From NCBI GenBank assembly GCA_963812755.1, contig CAWEWK010000015.1, positions 40,590 through 104,589 of the forward strand: a stretch of 64,000 nt of DNA. Direction: 5' to 3'. The notes beneath the pieces are model-generated. The model ran no database searches and was not told the DNA's origin. It was given only the letters and a program-made list of their open reading frames with translations. Both the position numbers and the translations under genes were made by a program. Every line of letters starts with the position of its first letter. Position 1 is the stretch's first letter. Positions 17,580-29,000 of the stretch are shown one piece after another. This DNA is from an uncultured Gemmatimonadales bacterium (GTDB taxonomy: Bacteria > Gemmatimonadota > Gemmatimonadetes > Gemmatimonadales > GWC2-71-9).

Positions 17580-18134
17580 CTAGGCTCGGTTCGCCGGCGG
17601 GAACTTGTGGAAGATCCTGGCGACCGCCTGCGAGAGCTGATCGCTGGCATGCTCCGGGTTACTGACCGGGAGACGGAGCACGTCCTGGGCCTGGCCCTGC
17701 CACACAGCTCGATGGGTCTTCGCATCGACCAGTGACACGACCACTGTTCCATCGGTGTAGCGGGCGATCTCCCGGGTATCCATCGGCCAGGCTACGCCAA
17801 AGCGGTAGTAACGCCAGCCCCACCCTCGTCCCCACGGCCAGCCGGTGTTGTACACCTCTTGGTAGGTGCGGTCTACTACCCCGTAGCCCACTAGGAGGTC
17901 GGCCTGATCGCGGCCGGCCTGGGTCAGCCCTTTCTTGCCGAGCTGGAACGCCACGTCCTCCCGGACGCGATCGTCCAGCAACTGGTGCGTCAACCTTTCG
18001 GGCCGCGGCACCATCGCGAATGTCCGATACTGAGAGAACTGAACCGACGTGTTGTAATCGGTGGAGATTCCTTCCGCGCAAGCCGCCATGGCCAGGACTC
18101 CAGCACTGAGCACCATGGTTTGCAGTTTCAACAT
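17580..18134 (-). CDS. DUF4136-like lipoprotein
   Basis: Lipobox MAAC; DY...FSQYRTF; YTDGTVVVSLVDAKTHRAVWQG. Confidence 0.88.
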   Translation of the reverse strand: MLKLQTMVLSAGVLAMAACAEGISTDYNTSVQFSQYRTFAMVPRPERLTHQLLDDRVREDVAFQLGKKGLTQAGRDQADLLVGYGVVDRTYQEVYNTGWPWGRGWGWRYYRFGVAWPMDTREIARYTDGTVVVSLVDAKTHRAVWQGQAQDVLRLPVSNPEHASDQLSQAVARIFHKFPPANRA

Positions 18135-18257
18135 CCTCTACTCCTTTGCTCACTGACAGTCCCAACTGGGCTGCGATCCGTCCGCACCATGCGGCGGCAG
18201 CCCGTCGTCGCCTCCAACTTGTCAGCCATCATGGCACGGAGGCTTGCATCGCAGTGC

Positions 18258-18273
18258 TCCCCCGATCAGGGGG
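18258..18273. promoter_or_regulatory. Palindromic box
   Basis: TCCCCCG-AT-CAGGGGG; weaker copies at 18478-18493 and 18559-18574. Confidence 0.45.
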
Positions 18274-18679
18274 CGGGTTCAGCCGGCGCTCCGCTACCTC
18301 GACCAGCTGCCGCTGCCACTCCCGAATGGCGAGCTGCAGGGCACTGGGCCTTTCGAGCGGCTGCCCGGGTCTCGAGCTGATAGGCATGATCTGCTCCTGA
18401 GCTGGGTTTGAACCGGACTTCTCTCCGGTCCGGCTCAACCTGGCACACTGGTAGTGACGGGGCTTGAATAGGGGTGATACCCCGAATGGGCGCTACGGCT
18501 ATGGCTATCCGCATCGGTGCGAGGACCGTGGCGTCGGACCAGATAGCCTAGCCGATAGCTCCCAACAGGGGGATCAGCCCCGTCCAATCGCACAACCGGG
18601 AGGCCTCCCATTTCTGAACTCTCGAGAGTGGCGCTCGTGCGCCGCAGAGATATAGGCTGATTGGCAAGGAGTAGAGATT

Positions 18680-20215
18680 ATGCGCAGCGTTCTCCTCACG
18701 ATGCTCTTGGGCATCGGAATTGGTTCCCAACTCTCGGCCGCGGACCCGCCCGGGCGCATTGGCCGAGTGAGTTATCTGGATGGATCGGTGTCACAACGAG
18801 CCGATGAAAATGAAGACTGGGCTGCCGCCACTCTGAATTATCCGGTTACCACCGGTGGCGGGCTGTGGACCGACGCGCGTGCTCGCGCCGAAGTCCATGT
18901 TGGATCGTCGGCGGTTCGCCTGGGTCCGGAAACCCTAACGGATTTTGTCGAGGTGGACGACCACACCACTCGGATCCGCGTCACCCAGGGCTCGCTGTAC
19001 CTCCGGGTCCGGCAGCTCGGTAGCGGCGACGCCTACGAGATCGATACTCCCAATGGGGCGGTCTCGATGCTCCAGGGAGGCCACTATCGGGTTGATGTCT
19101 CCTCGGATGGCTACCGCAGTACGCTCACCGTGCGCGATGGTGACGCCGAGATCTCCACCGGCGGCGGCGCCACGGTGTCGGTACGGCCGGGTGAATCCAT
19201 GGCGATCACCGGATCCAACTCGGCCACTTCTACCATCAGCCTGGTCGCAGTGGACGACTGGGAGCGTTGGTGTCAGGGCCGTGACCATGACGAAGACGCG
19301 TCGCTGTCCTTGCGCTACCTGTCTCCGGGTTTCGTCGGATTCGAGGCTCTTGATGCATACGGCACCTGGGAGATCGACGACTTTGGGCCGGTGTGGGTCC
19401 CGAGGGTCGCGGTCGGTTGGGCTCCCTACCGGTTGGGACACTGGTCGTGGGTGACCCCGTGGGGATGGACCTGGATCGATCAGGCGCCGTGGGGGTTCAC
19501 GCCCTTCCATTATGGACGGTGGGCGTTCCGGCGGGACCATTGGGCGTGGGTGCCGGGAACCATCGTGCCCGCTCCGGTCTACGCACCCGCGTTGGTCGCC
19601 TTCCTGGGAGGGTCGGGCTTCGATCTCTCGGTCGCCGTGGGCGGTGGCAATGTGGGGTGGTTCCCTCTCGCGCCGGGTGAAGTCTTTGTCCCGTCGTATC
19701 GGGTCACTCAGACCTACATCCGCAACATCAACGTCACCACGGTAAAGGTGAGGGACATCGATTTCTCGCACCTCGACGTAGCGAGAATGAGATTCGCCAA
19801 CCGCGGTATTTCCGGCGCCATCACCGCAGTGCCGCGAGAGACCTTCCTCAGGAGCGAGCCGGTGGAGCGGGCCGCCATCCGCATGCCCGCGAGCTCGCTC
19901 AGCCGGGCGACGGCGATTGGCGCGCCGCGAAGGGTGGCTCGACCTCCGCTGCATGCGACCGCCACTCCCAGCCGGCCGGCCGAGCCGGTGCTCCAAAGAG
20001 CGTGGCAGGTCGAGCGCGAGCAGGCGGTGACCCGCCAGGCCGCCGAACGCACGGCGCTCGAACGCCGCCAACAAGAGCAGCTCCGTCGCCCGCCGTCCGG
20101 GGTGTCGCAGGAAGAGCTGCAACGGCGTCAGATCGAGGAGCGGCAGGCGATGGCCCGGCGGCATCAGGTGGAGACAGACGACATCGAGCGGAGGTACCGT
20201 AGACAACACGCTTGA
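18680..20215 (+). CDS. Exported FecR-like plus Trp/Pro-rich (DUF6600-like) protein
   Basis: AGGAG RBS; signal peptide; DPPGRIGRVSY; WAPYRLGHW...WGWTWIDQAPWGFTPFHYGRW; VGWFPLAPGE. Confidence 0.88.
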   Translation: MRSVLLTMLLGIGIGSQLSAADPPGRIGRVSYLDGSVSQRADENEDWAAATLNYPVTTGGGLWTDARARAEVHVGSSAVRLGPETLTDFVEVDDHTTRIRVTQGSLYLRVRQLGSGDAYEIDTPNGAVSMLQGGHYRVDVSSDGYRSTLTVRDGDAEISTGGGATVSVRPGESMAITGSNSATSTISLVAVDDWERWCQGRDHDEDASLSLRYLSPGFVGFEALDAYGTWEIDDFGPVWVPRVAVGWAPYRLGHWSWVTPWGWTWIDQAPWGFTPFHYGRWAFRRDHWAWVPGTIVPAPVYAPALVAFLGGSGFDLSVAVGGGNVGWFPLAPGEVFVPSYRVTQTYIRNINVTTVKVRDIDFSHLDVARMRFANRGISGAITAVPRETFLRSEPVERAAIRMPASSLSRATAIGAPRRVARPPLHATATPSRPAEPVLQRAWQVEREQAVTRQAAERTALERRQQEQLRRPPSGVSQEELQRRQIEERQAMARRHQVETDDIERRYRRQHA

Positions 20216-20220
20216 AATCA

Positions 20221-20303
20221 CTGTCATCCCGAGCGAAGCGAGGGATCTACTCAGCGACTTGGAAAGTTGCTGAGTAGATCCCTCGCTTCGCTCGGGATGA
20301 CAG
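20221..20303. repeat. REP-like 83-bp near-perfect palindrome
   Basis: CTGTCATCCCGAGCGAAGCGAGGGATCTACTCAGCGACTT-gga-AAGTTGCTGAGTAGATCCCTCGCTTCGCTCGGGATGACAG; between convergent genes. Confidence 0.9.
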
Positions 20304-20312
20304 AGCGGCGCG

Positions 20313-20729
20313 TCAAGTATTCGGATCGATCTCGCCTTCAGGATGATCCGCCCAATGTCCCGGAATCCAGGACCACCAGTGGTCGCTGAACCCCCAATGT
20401 CCCTCGTCCCAGCGCGCCTTGGGCTCCGGCGGGCTGAGCCAGCGTCCCGGCACCCATACCCATCCACCATGGGGTGTGGTCTGGGGATCTCCCTGCAAGT
20501 CCCAGAAGCCGTGGATCCAAACCGCGTGCGCTGAAGGAGCTGATCCTGCTCGGGTTTCCTTCAGTCGCGCGGGCGCCTTCACCGGCCGCTTCGCGCGGTA
20601 CACGCTGGCACTCACCTTCTGAATGCGGACGGTGTCCGTTGACGATTGTGCCGCTGCAATGTGACTCGCGCCGTGCGAGAGCGCGGCTGCGAGAACGATG
20701 GCAGAGACGTGGCGTGCTTTGATCGACAT
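20313..20729 (-). CDS. Secreted YXWGXW-repeat protein
   Basis: Signal peptide; VWIHGFW, WVWVPGRW, WDEGHW, WIPGHW. Confidence 0.85.
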   Translation of the reverse strand: MSIKARHVSAIVLAAALSHGASHIAAAQSSTDTVRIQKVSASVYRAKRPVKAPARLKETRAGSAPSAHAVWIHGFWDLQGDPQTTPHGGWVWVPGRWLSPPEPKARWDEGHWGFSDHWWSWIPGHWADHPEGEIDPNT

Positions 20730-20753
20730 CAGTCTACTCCTCTCTTCAAGTGG

Positions 20754-23306
20754 TCAGAACATGAATCCAGTGCCCAGGTACAGCGCGGTCCGATCCTCTC
20801 CGTGCGCCAACGCGATGCTGACCGTGTTGCTCCGATTCAGGTAGGCGAACCAGAGACCGCCGCCGAACGAGGTATGCCACTTGTCCGACGACTCGCCGGT
20901 CTGCCATACCCGGCCGGCATCGGCCAGGCCGAACACTCCCCATTCCCCGGGCAGAAACGCATAGAACCGCGACAGGCGAAGCCGCAGCTCGGCGTTGCCG
21001 TAGGCCGAGGCATCGCCCAGGAAGCGGGATGCGAAGAGACCGCGCAGCGTGGTGCCGCCCCCGATGGACGCGGCGTCTTGAAAGGGGAAGCGGCCCCACA
21101 CCCGTTCGCCCCCTACCCGAAGCGCCAGCGTAGGCTGGAGCGGGAGCGGCGCCGACAGGTACGTGGCCGCGGCTCCGTGGATTTCTCCGAAGGTGGAGGT
21201 GACGTCCCAGATGGCGGGGTACAGCCCGCCTCCCGCAGTCAGGTGCACGCCCCGCGTCGGAGCTGCCACCGTATCCCGGGTGTCGTAGGTGAGCGACCCC
21301 TCGGCTCCCACCTGGCCGAAGTTGCCGGATCCGTAGGGACGAACCTCGCGGATCAGGGAGGGTCGGTCGAAGTCGCTGGTCGAGTACCTCAGCGAAGGCC
21401 CGACTCGGGCGCTGAGGTGATTCCCAATGCCCCATCCCATCGCCGCGCTCAGCTCGTAGTCGCGCTGGTACGCCTTGTAGAAGTTGCTCGAGGCGGTGAA
21501 CGGGGTCTCGTTCCCGAAGCCGAAGAACCGGAGCACATCGAACCCCGAAGCCCGGGCCCCGAACAGGAAGTGGGTCGCCGAGTTTTCCCGAGAGAAGTCT
21601 CCCAGGATTTCCCCGGCAAAGGCGTCCGCGTCGGTGGAGTAACCGCCCCGGAAATCGAGCCGGGAAGAGTAGGGATCTCGCCGGAAGCCGTAGTCGAAAA
21701 GGGTTGCCCCGGCACCGAGAGAGACGCCGTCGCCGGACACGATGCCGGCCCACGGCAGCCACCGGTGACCCCAGTCCCGCGGTGCCGCCCGTGAACTGTT
21801 GGAGTCTGGCTGCTGGTAGTGGCGGCGATCAATGGTCGGAGGATGCGACCCGGCCAGCTCAACGTCCGGGTATGTCGCGTAGACCCGGGTCCGATCGCCC
21901 GAGAGGGTGTCCAGGACGACCTTGGAGTCAGCCGCAGCAATGATCCTGAGCTTCGGCCCCTTGCCCGCCCCCTGCACGAAAACGCTGTCGAGGCCTCCAC
22001 CCAGGAAGAGCCGTACCTCCTTGGTGATGCTCTGGGAGAATCGGCGGTGAAAGTACGGGTCGGCGCCTGATTCACCCTCGCCGATGGCTACATCCAGAGT
22101 GCCTTCGCGCCCTCGCGTCACCTTTACGATTTCACTCGCATCGGTTCCGTAGACCTCTGCGTCGAGCGCGAGCATCCGATACAGCTCGCGCGTGCCTTCC
22201 CGAAGCCGGTCTCGTCGGCTTTGCAGCGCGCGGGTGAGTTGCGCACCATCCCGAGCGTAATACGCCTGCGGGAGGTGCCGGACGGCGTCCGCGATAACGG
22301 AGTCGCTGAGACGTGACTGGAGCCCCTGGGCCACCGAATCCCAGGTCGGCCAATCCAATTCGCTTAGGAGTCGCCGATCGATGTATCGCGCCCGGTAGTT
22401 CAGACGCACCATGCTGGGATAGCGGGGTCCGAAGTCCACCAGGACAGGGTCTCGCAAATAGGCGAGATCCACCAACAGCCCGGTGTACCTGGCGAAATCG
22501 TGGTCCCGATCCACCGGAAGCGGCTCCCAGGGAGCGCTCTTCTCTTCTCCTTGCTTGAGCCAGCGCCATTGCGGCTCGCCCCGATCGTTGTCGCCGAGAA
22601 ACACGTCCATCAGTCGGGCGGCAAGAAATGCCCGGCTGTCCACCCGCTCGCGCGGATCGCCGGCAAGTCGGCGGTAGAGCTCGTCCGTGTCGGCCACCTT
22701 GCGGGTTCCTTGGAAGGCGGCAGGCTCCCCATCGGCCTTGGGCGCCGGTCGCTCCTCCAGGGTCCCGATCATCCCGGCGAACCGCCGCCGGAATTCACCG
22801 AGTGCGGGATCGTCGGGCATGACGAAGAGCTGGAGTGGTGTCGTCCGGACCCCCACGGCCTCGAGCAACCGGGTGGAGACGAGTGCCGCGGCCGGGTAGT
22901 ACGCGCTGACCTCGTCCTGCAATGCACGACCCACCACAGTGCGTTGGAGGTCCGGGGGGAGTACCCGAGTGGCGGTCTTGTCCACCGAGCGGAAGTCGAA
23001 CTTGCGCCCGTCGGCCGCTTCCAAGTGGAGTGAGGTGGTCTGGGTGCCGCCACCTGATCGAACCGGTCGGAGGCCACCCGCATAGTGCTGCAGGTCCAGG
23101 ACCTCTACCGGCACCGGCGTGGCCCACAGTTGACGGTAGTCGCTGCCCATCAATGCCCGGTGCAACCAGCCGTGGGCGTAACGGGGATCGATGGCGACGG
23201 TGTCGAGGCCGATGGAACCCGGGAGCGAATCCGGGGGCGCCTGCGCGGCGAGCGGAGTGACCACCGAGCTCAGAACCATCGTCACGTGGATCCATTTGGA
23301 TCGCAT
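20754..23306 (-). CDS. Omp85 (BamA/TamA-like) outer-membrane protein with large N-terminal soluble domain
   Basis: YDTRD, GGGTTLRG...RFLG, NAELR, FADAGRVW-like strand, terminal GFMF; N-terminal GGGTQTTSL...FRSVDK...DVFLGDNDR..QWRW. Confidence 0.9.
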   Translation of the reverse strand: MRSKWIHVTMVLSSVVTPLAAQAPPDSLPGSIGLDTVAIDPRYAHGWLHRALMGSDYRQLWATPVPVEVLDLQHYAGGLRPVRSGGGTQTTSLHLEAADGRKFDFRSVDKTATRVLPPDLQRTVVGRALQDEVSAYYPAAALVSTRLLEAVGVRTTPLQLFVMPDDPALGEFRRRFAGMIGTLEERPAPKADGEPAAFQGTRKVADTDELYRRLAGDPRERVDSRAFLAARLMDVFLGDNDRGEPQWRWLKQGEEKSAPWEPLPVDRDHDFARYTGLLVDLAYLRDPVLVDFGPRYPSMVRLNYRARYIDRRLLSELDWPTWDSVAQGLQSRLSDSVIADAVRHLPQAYYARDGAQLTRALQSRRDRLREGTRELYRMLALDAEVYGTDASEIVKVTRGREGTLDVAIGEGESGADPYFHRRFSQSITKEVRLFLGGGLDSVFVQGAGKGPKLRIIAAADSKVVLDTLSGDRTRVYATYPDVELAGSHPPTIDRRHYQQPDSNSSRAAPRDWGHRWLPWAGIVSGDGVSLGAGATLFDYGFRRDPYSSRLDFRGGYSTDADAFAGEILGDFSRENSATHFLFGARASGFDVLRFFGFGNETPFTASSNFYKAYQRDYELSAAMGWGIGNHLSARVGPSLRYSTSDFDRPSLIREVRPYGSGNFGQVGAEGSLTYDTRDTVAAPTRGVHLTAGGGLYPAIWDVTSTFGEIHGAAATYLSAPLPLQPTLALRVGGERVWGRFPFQDAASIGGGTTLRGLFASRFLGDASAYGNAELRLRLSRFYAFLPGEWGVFGLADAGRVWQTGESSDKWHTSFGGGLWFAYLNRSNTVSIALAHGEDRTALYLGTGFMF

Positions 23307-23377
23307 TCCAACTCCGAGCCTCTCTGTCATCGCTCGAAGCTGCGTCGCTGGGGGTGGGGATGCTTGGATTGGGATGC

Positions 23378-23426
23378 TCCCCCGGTTGGGGAAGCCCTGG
23401 GCTGGTGCATCCCCCCGATCGGGGGA
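23378..23426. promoter_or_regulatory. Pair of palindromic boxes, centres 33 bp apart
   Basis: TCCCCCG-GT-TGGGGAA and CCCCCCG-AT-CGGGGGA in the divergent Omp85/TolC region. Confidence 0.6.
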
Positions 23427-23474
23427 GCAAGGTCACACAAGCCGCTCCCGACCTGCACGGGTATTCTGCCCGGG

Positions 23475-24935
23475 ATGACCTCGAGCTCCCGAACCTGCGC
23501 GCGGGTAGTCCTGCTCCTCATGGGAACCGGCTGTGCACCGGGAATTCCCCAGAGTGGGGGTGGGCCGGTGGCGCCCTCGGCTCCGAGCAAGCTGTGGACA
23601 CCGGTCAGCGGCGCCGGGCGAATCGAGGACACGCTGCGAACCGGTACGCTTCCGGCTTCTCTTGCCGCGCAGGCGCCGCAGCTCACTCTGGCCGGGATCA
23701 TCGACCTCGCCCTCCGCAACAACCCAGCGACCCAATCGAGCTGGGCCCAGGCCCGGGCCGCGGCCGACGCCTACGGCGGAGCGCGGGGCGCCTACTTCCC
23801 TACCGTGGACGCGTCGCTGACCTCCTTGAAGAGCGAGCAGTCGGGCGGAAAGCTCCAGTACAGCGGTGTGGGCACCTCGACCCGCTCGCAGCTGATTCCG
23901 TCGCTCTCCCTCAACTACACGGTGTTCGACTTCGGCTCCCGCGGAGGGAGCGTGGACCAGGCGCGGCAGACCGCGTACGCGCTCAGCTTTACCCACAACG
24001 AGATAGTGCAGAGCACCGTGCTTCGGGTGGAGCAGGCGTACTACTCCTATCTCGACACCCGGGCGGTGCTGGACGCCCGGCAGGCTTCGGTGGTTGAGGC
24101 CGAAGCGAGCTACAACGCGGCCCGCCAGCGGGACTCGTTGGGACTCGCCACCAGAGCCGACGTGATGCTGGCGAAGAGCTCGCTGGCCCAGGCACAGTTT
24201 GCCGCCGAATCGGCCTATGCCCAGGTGCAGTCGGCCCGGAGCTCGCTGGCGATCGCGCTCGGCGTGTCGCCGACCGCGCCGTACGACATCACCGGGCGCG
24301 CCGAGGATGTGCCGGTGGGACCGGTGACGCTGCGGGTCGAGTCGTTCATCAACCAGGCACTCAGGAACCGCCCCGATCTCCAGGCCGCGCGGGCGCGGGC
24401 GAATGCCGCCCGGGCCGCGGTGCGCACGGCGCGAGGGAGCCTGCTGCCTTCGGTGAGCCTGTCGGCGTCAACCGGCTACACCTGGGCCGACCCGAGCCAG
24501 CTCACCGGGAGGAGCTACAACCTATCGCTCGGCCTCCAGGTGCCGCTCTTCGACGGGCTCACAAAGAACTATGACCTGGCCCGGGCGGAGGCAGACGCCG
24601 ATGCCGCCGCGGCCCAGCTCGCGCAGGTGCGCGACTCCGTGATGGCGGGGGTGTTCACCGCCTACTACAACCTGCAGACCGCCACCCAGCAGGTCGGCAC
24701 CAGCGACGACGCGCTGGCGAGCGCCACCGAGGCGCTGGGGGCGATGCAGGCCCGCTACCGCGTGGGGATCGCCAGCATCACCGATCTGCTCAGCGCGCAG
24801 TCCACTCTGGCGTCGGCCCGGGTCCAACAAGCTCAGACCCGATGGGACTGGGCCCAGCAGCTCGCCACGTTGGCGCACGCCGCCGGCGCGCTCGACGCGC
24901 GGGGCAATGCGTCCATTCCTCTTAGGAGTCCTTGA
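23475..24935 (+). CDS. TolC family outer-membrane efflux lipoprotein
   Basis: LTLAGIIDLALRNNP, ALRNRPDL, LQVPLFDG, RYRVGIASITDLL. Confidence 0.92.
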   Translation: MTSSSRTCARVVLLLMGTGCAPGIPQSGGGPVAPSAPSKLWTPVSGAGRIEDTLRTGTLPASLAAQAPQLTLAGIIDLALRNNPATQSSWAQARAAADAYGGARGAYFPTVDASLTSLKSEQSGGKLQYSGVGTSTRSQLIPSLSLNYTVFDFGSRGGSVDQARQTAYALSFTHNEIVQSTVLRVEQAYYSYLDTRAVLDARQASVVEAEASYNAARQRDSLGLATRADVMLAKSSLAQAQFAAESAYAQVQSARSSLAIALGVSPTAPYDITGRAEDVPVGPVTLRVESFINQALRNRPDLQAARARANAARAAVRTARGSLLPSVSLSASTGYTWADPSQLTGRSYNLSLGLQVPLFDGLTKNYDLARAEADADAAAAQLAQVRDSVMAGVFTAYYNLQTATQQVGTSDDALASATEALGAMQARYRVGIASITDLLSAQSTLASARVQQAQTRWDWAQQLATLAHAAGALDARGNASIPLRSP

Positions 24936-24936
24936 C

Positions 24937-26070
24937 GTGCGCCCGAGTCGTCCTGCCGCGCTGTTCGCGCTTGCCGTCATCGCGGGGTGCTCCAAGCCGG
25001 CCCCGACCGTTGCGCCCAGCGTTCCGGTGACCGTGGCATCGGTTCGGCGCCAGGCGGTCCCCTACCTCGTCACCACCAACGGCCAGGTGGAGCCGCTGGA
25101 GACAGCGCGGGTGGCGGCGCAGGTGAGCGGCCTCGTCACTCAAGTGACCTTCCGCGAGGGCGACGCGGTGCGGCAGGGACAGGTGCTCTTCCGCATCGAG
25201 CCGCGCCCCTACTTCGCGGCCCTCGAAGGGCGCGCGCCACCCTGATTCGCGACCAGGCCCAGGCCGCCAACGCGAGCCACGGGCTGGAGCGGCTTCGGGC
25301 GCTCCGCACTCAGGATTACGTCACCCAGTCGCAGGTCGACTCTCAGTCGACTACGGCGACCGGCGATGCGGCCACGGTGGCCTCCGACCACGCCGGGGTG
25401 GTGAAGGCGCAGTTCGATCTCGACAACACCGTGATCCGGGCGCCCATCAGCGGCCGGACCGGCAGCCTCCTGGTGCGGCGCGGCAACCTGGTCGCGGCCG
25501 ACCTCACTCAACCGCTCGTGGTCATCAACCGGATCGATCCCATCCTGGTGCGCTTCACCGTGCCCGAGTCGGTGCTCCCGGCCGTACAGCGCGCCCGTCA
25601 GGCAGGCGTGGTCCCGGTGCAGGTGCAGCCTGCAACCTCGAATGACTCGGCTGCGGACCCGCAAGGCACTCTCACCTTCGTGGACAACGCGGTGGACACG
25701 ACCACCGGAACGGTGCAGCTCAAGGCCCAGCTCCAGAATCTCGGACGGCCAGCTCTGGCCCGGCCAGTTCGTCACCGTCACCCTGCAACTCGGCCTGGAG
25801 CCCAACACGGTCGTGGTACCCACCAAGGCGGTGCAATCCGGCCAGCAGGGGGCGTACCTGTTCGTGGTCCAGAATGGTCAGGCGGTCTCGCGCTCGGTCA
25901 CGGTGGGACGTAGTACCGGGAGCGCGGCAGTGGTGGTGGAGCGTGGGCTTGCCGAGGGCGAGCGCGTGGTCACCGAGGGCCAGTCGCAGCTCAGCCCGGG
26001 GGCTCGAGTGCGGATCACCGGCGTGGATTCTTCCTCGGCGACCGGAGCCACCGCCGGAGCGAGCCAGTGA
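24937..26070 (+). CDS. RND efflux periplasmic adaptor (frameshifts near 25228 and 25741)
   Basis: Three ORF pieces: FREGDAVRQGQVLFRIEPRPY / IRAPISGRTG...FVDNAVDTTTGT / LWPGQFV...GLAEGERVVTEGQ; AGGAG RBS before GTG. Confidence 0.85.
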
Positions 26071-29000
26071 ACCTCGCGGAACCCTTCATCCGGCGGCCGG
26101 TGATGACCACGCTGGTCATGCTGGCGCTGCTCATCTTCGGAGGGCTGGCGTATCGGTCACTTCCGGTGAGCGATCTTCCCAGCGTGGACTATCCCACCAT
26201 CACCGTCAACGCCAACCTCAGCGGGGCCAGTCCGGAGACCATGGCCTCGGCCGTAGCGACGCCGCTGGAGCAGCAGTTCTCGACCATCGCCGGCATCGAC
26301 AACATGACCTCGACCAGCACGCTGGGGTCGACCTCGATCGTGATTCAGTTCGCCCTCAGCCGTGACATCGATGCGGCTGCCCAGGATGTGCAGGCCGCGA
26401 TCTCGAAGACGCTCCGCTCCCTGCCGCAGGGCATGGTTCCGCCGTCGTACCAGAAGGCCAATCCCGCGGCCGCGCCGATCCTGTATCTCGCTCTCACCTC
26501 TGATCGCGCTCCCGCTCTCCGCGGTGGATGAGTACGCGGAGACCTTTCTGGGCCAGCGTCTCTCCATGGTGTCCGGCGTGGCCCAGGTGAATGTGTTCGG
26601 CTCGCAGAAGTATGCCGTGCGGATTCAGCTCGATCCCAGCGCGCTGGCCGACCGCGGCATCGGCATCGACCAGGTGACCGCCGCCGTAGCCAATCACAAC
26701 GTGGACCAACCGACCGGAGTGCTGTGGGGCCCGGACAAGGCCTACACCGTGAAGGCCGACGGCCAGCTCACCAATGCCGCCGGATTCCGGTCACTCGTCG
26801 TCGCCTACCGCAACGGCGCACCGGTGCGCCTGGGGGAGCTGGGGCAGGTGCTCGATGACGTGCAGAACAACAAGGCCGTGGCATGGTTCGACGGCACCAG
26901 AGGCGTGATCCTCGCCATCCAGCGGCAGCCGGGGACCAATACCGTCGCGGTGGCGCAGGCGGTCCGGGAGACCCTTCGGCAGCTGGCGCCCGCCATTCCG
27001 GCTACCGTGCGGCTGCAGACGATGTACGACCGGTCGCAGTCGATCCAGGCCGAGGTGAGCGAGGTGAAGTTCACCATGGTTCTCACTGTGACCCTGGTGG
27101 TGCTGGTGATCTTTCTGTTTCTCCGCCGGCTCTGGGCCACGGTGATCCCGAGCCTGGTGCTGCCGCTCACCATCGTCGGTACCTTCGCGCCGATGTACGC
27201 GCTGGGCTTCAGCCTGGATAACCTCTCCCTGATGGCCCTGACCTTGGGAGTCGGCCTGGTGGTGGACGACGCCATCGTGATGCTGGAGAACATCGTGCGC
27301 CACCTGGAGATGGGGAAAGACCGCTGCAGGCCGCGCTGGACGGCGCCCGCGAGGTAGGGTTCACCATCCTATCGATGACCCTTTCGCTCACGGCGGTGTT
27401 CATTCCCCTGCTCTTCATGCCCGGTGTGGTGGGCCGGCTGTTTCACGAGTTCGCCGTTACCATCAGTATCGCCATCCTGGTCTCCGGCGTGGTCTCGCTG
27501 TCGCTGACCCCGATGCTGGCGAGCCGGGTCCTTGGCAGGGGCGAATCGCGGGACGGGCGGTTCTATCGAGCGACCGAGCGGGTCTTCGAGGCCGCCCTCG
27601 GCCTGTACCGGCGGAGCCTGGGTTGGGTGATGGAGCACCGGCCGGTCGCGCTCGCGTTCTCCGGGGCGATGCTGGTTGCCACGGTAGGACTCTTCCTGAT
27701 CGTTCCCAAGGGATTCATTCCGACGGAGGATACCGGTCAAATCGTGGGAACGACGCAGGCGGCGCAGGGCAGCTCGTTCGACGCGATGCTCCGCTACCAC
27801 CAGCAGGTCATGGGGGTGGTCGGACGCAATCCGAACGTCGCCGGGTTCATGACGGCGATCGGTGTGGGCTCGAACCAGACCAGCAACCAGGGCCGGCTGC
27901 TCCTGACCCTCAAGCCGCAAGGGCAGCGGCCGCCAGCCGATCAGATCATCCAGCAGCTCCGGCCCCGGTTGGCCGCTATCCCGGGCGTCCGTTCCTTTCT
28001 GCAAATGCCGCCGGCGATCCAGATCGGAGGGCAGAGCTCCAGCAGCACGTACCAGTTTCAATTGCAGGGCACCAACGCCGATACGCTCTACGCCGTGGCC
28101 CGCCGGTTCGAGCAGCGCATGCACGGCCTGAGCGGCGTCCAGGACGTGGTGAGCAATCTCCAGATCACCAATCCGCAGGTGTCGGTACACATCGATCGGG
28201 ACCGCGCGGATGCGCTCGGCGTCACTCCGGCCGCGATCGAGAGTGCGCTCTATGGAGCGTTCGGCTCCGCTCAGGTATCCACGATCTACACCCCGAGCAA
28301 CCAGTACTGGGTGGTCATGGAGCTGCTCCCTCGGTATCAGCGTGATCCTGCCGCCCTGGACCGGCTGTACGTCACCTCGAGCTCGGGAGGTCTGGTTCCC
28401 CTCTCGTCCGTGGCCACGGTCTCCTCCACCGTGGGACCGCTCAGCGTGAACCACGCGGGGCAACTGCCCTCGGTTACCATCTCCTTCAACCTGGCACCCG
28501 GGATCTCGCTGGGAGAAGCGCAGAGCCAGATCCAGGCGTTGGCACGTCAGGCGCTGCCCGAGGGGGTGAGCGGCACCTTCGCCGGCGCCGCCCAGGTGTT
28601 CCAGAGCGCCCAGAGCGGAATGCTGTTTCTTCTGGTCGTGGCGGTGTTCGTGATCTACCTGGTGCTCGGGATCCTGTACGAGAGCTTCGTCCATCCGGCA
28701 ACCATCCTTACCGCGCTGCCGTTTGCCGCGTTCGGCGCCCTATTCGCGCTGTGGCTGGCCGGCCTGCCGCTGGACATCTATGGCTACGTCGGCGTGATTC
28801 TCCTGATCGGGATCGCCAAGAAGAATGCGATCATGATGATCGACTTCGCCCTCGCGGCCGAGCGGACCGAAGGGAAGTCGAGCAGAGATTCGATCCTCGA
28901 AGCCGCCGCAGTGCGCTTCCGGCCCATCATGATGACTACCATGGCGGCGCTGATGGGCGCGCTGCCGATCGCCTTCGGCACTGGCGCCGGTGCGGAGGCG

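Noticed and set aside
18229-18655. Short ORFs in the DUF4136/DUF6600 intergenic region
   Set aside because: No convincing RBS or motif, and they overlap the palindromic boxes; a small gene cannot be excluded.
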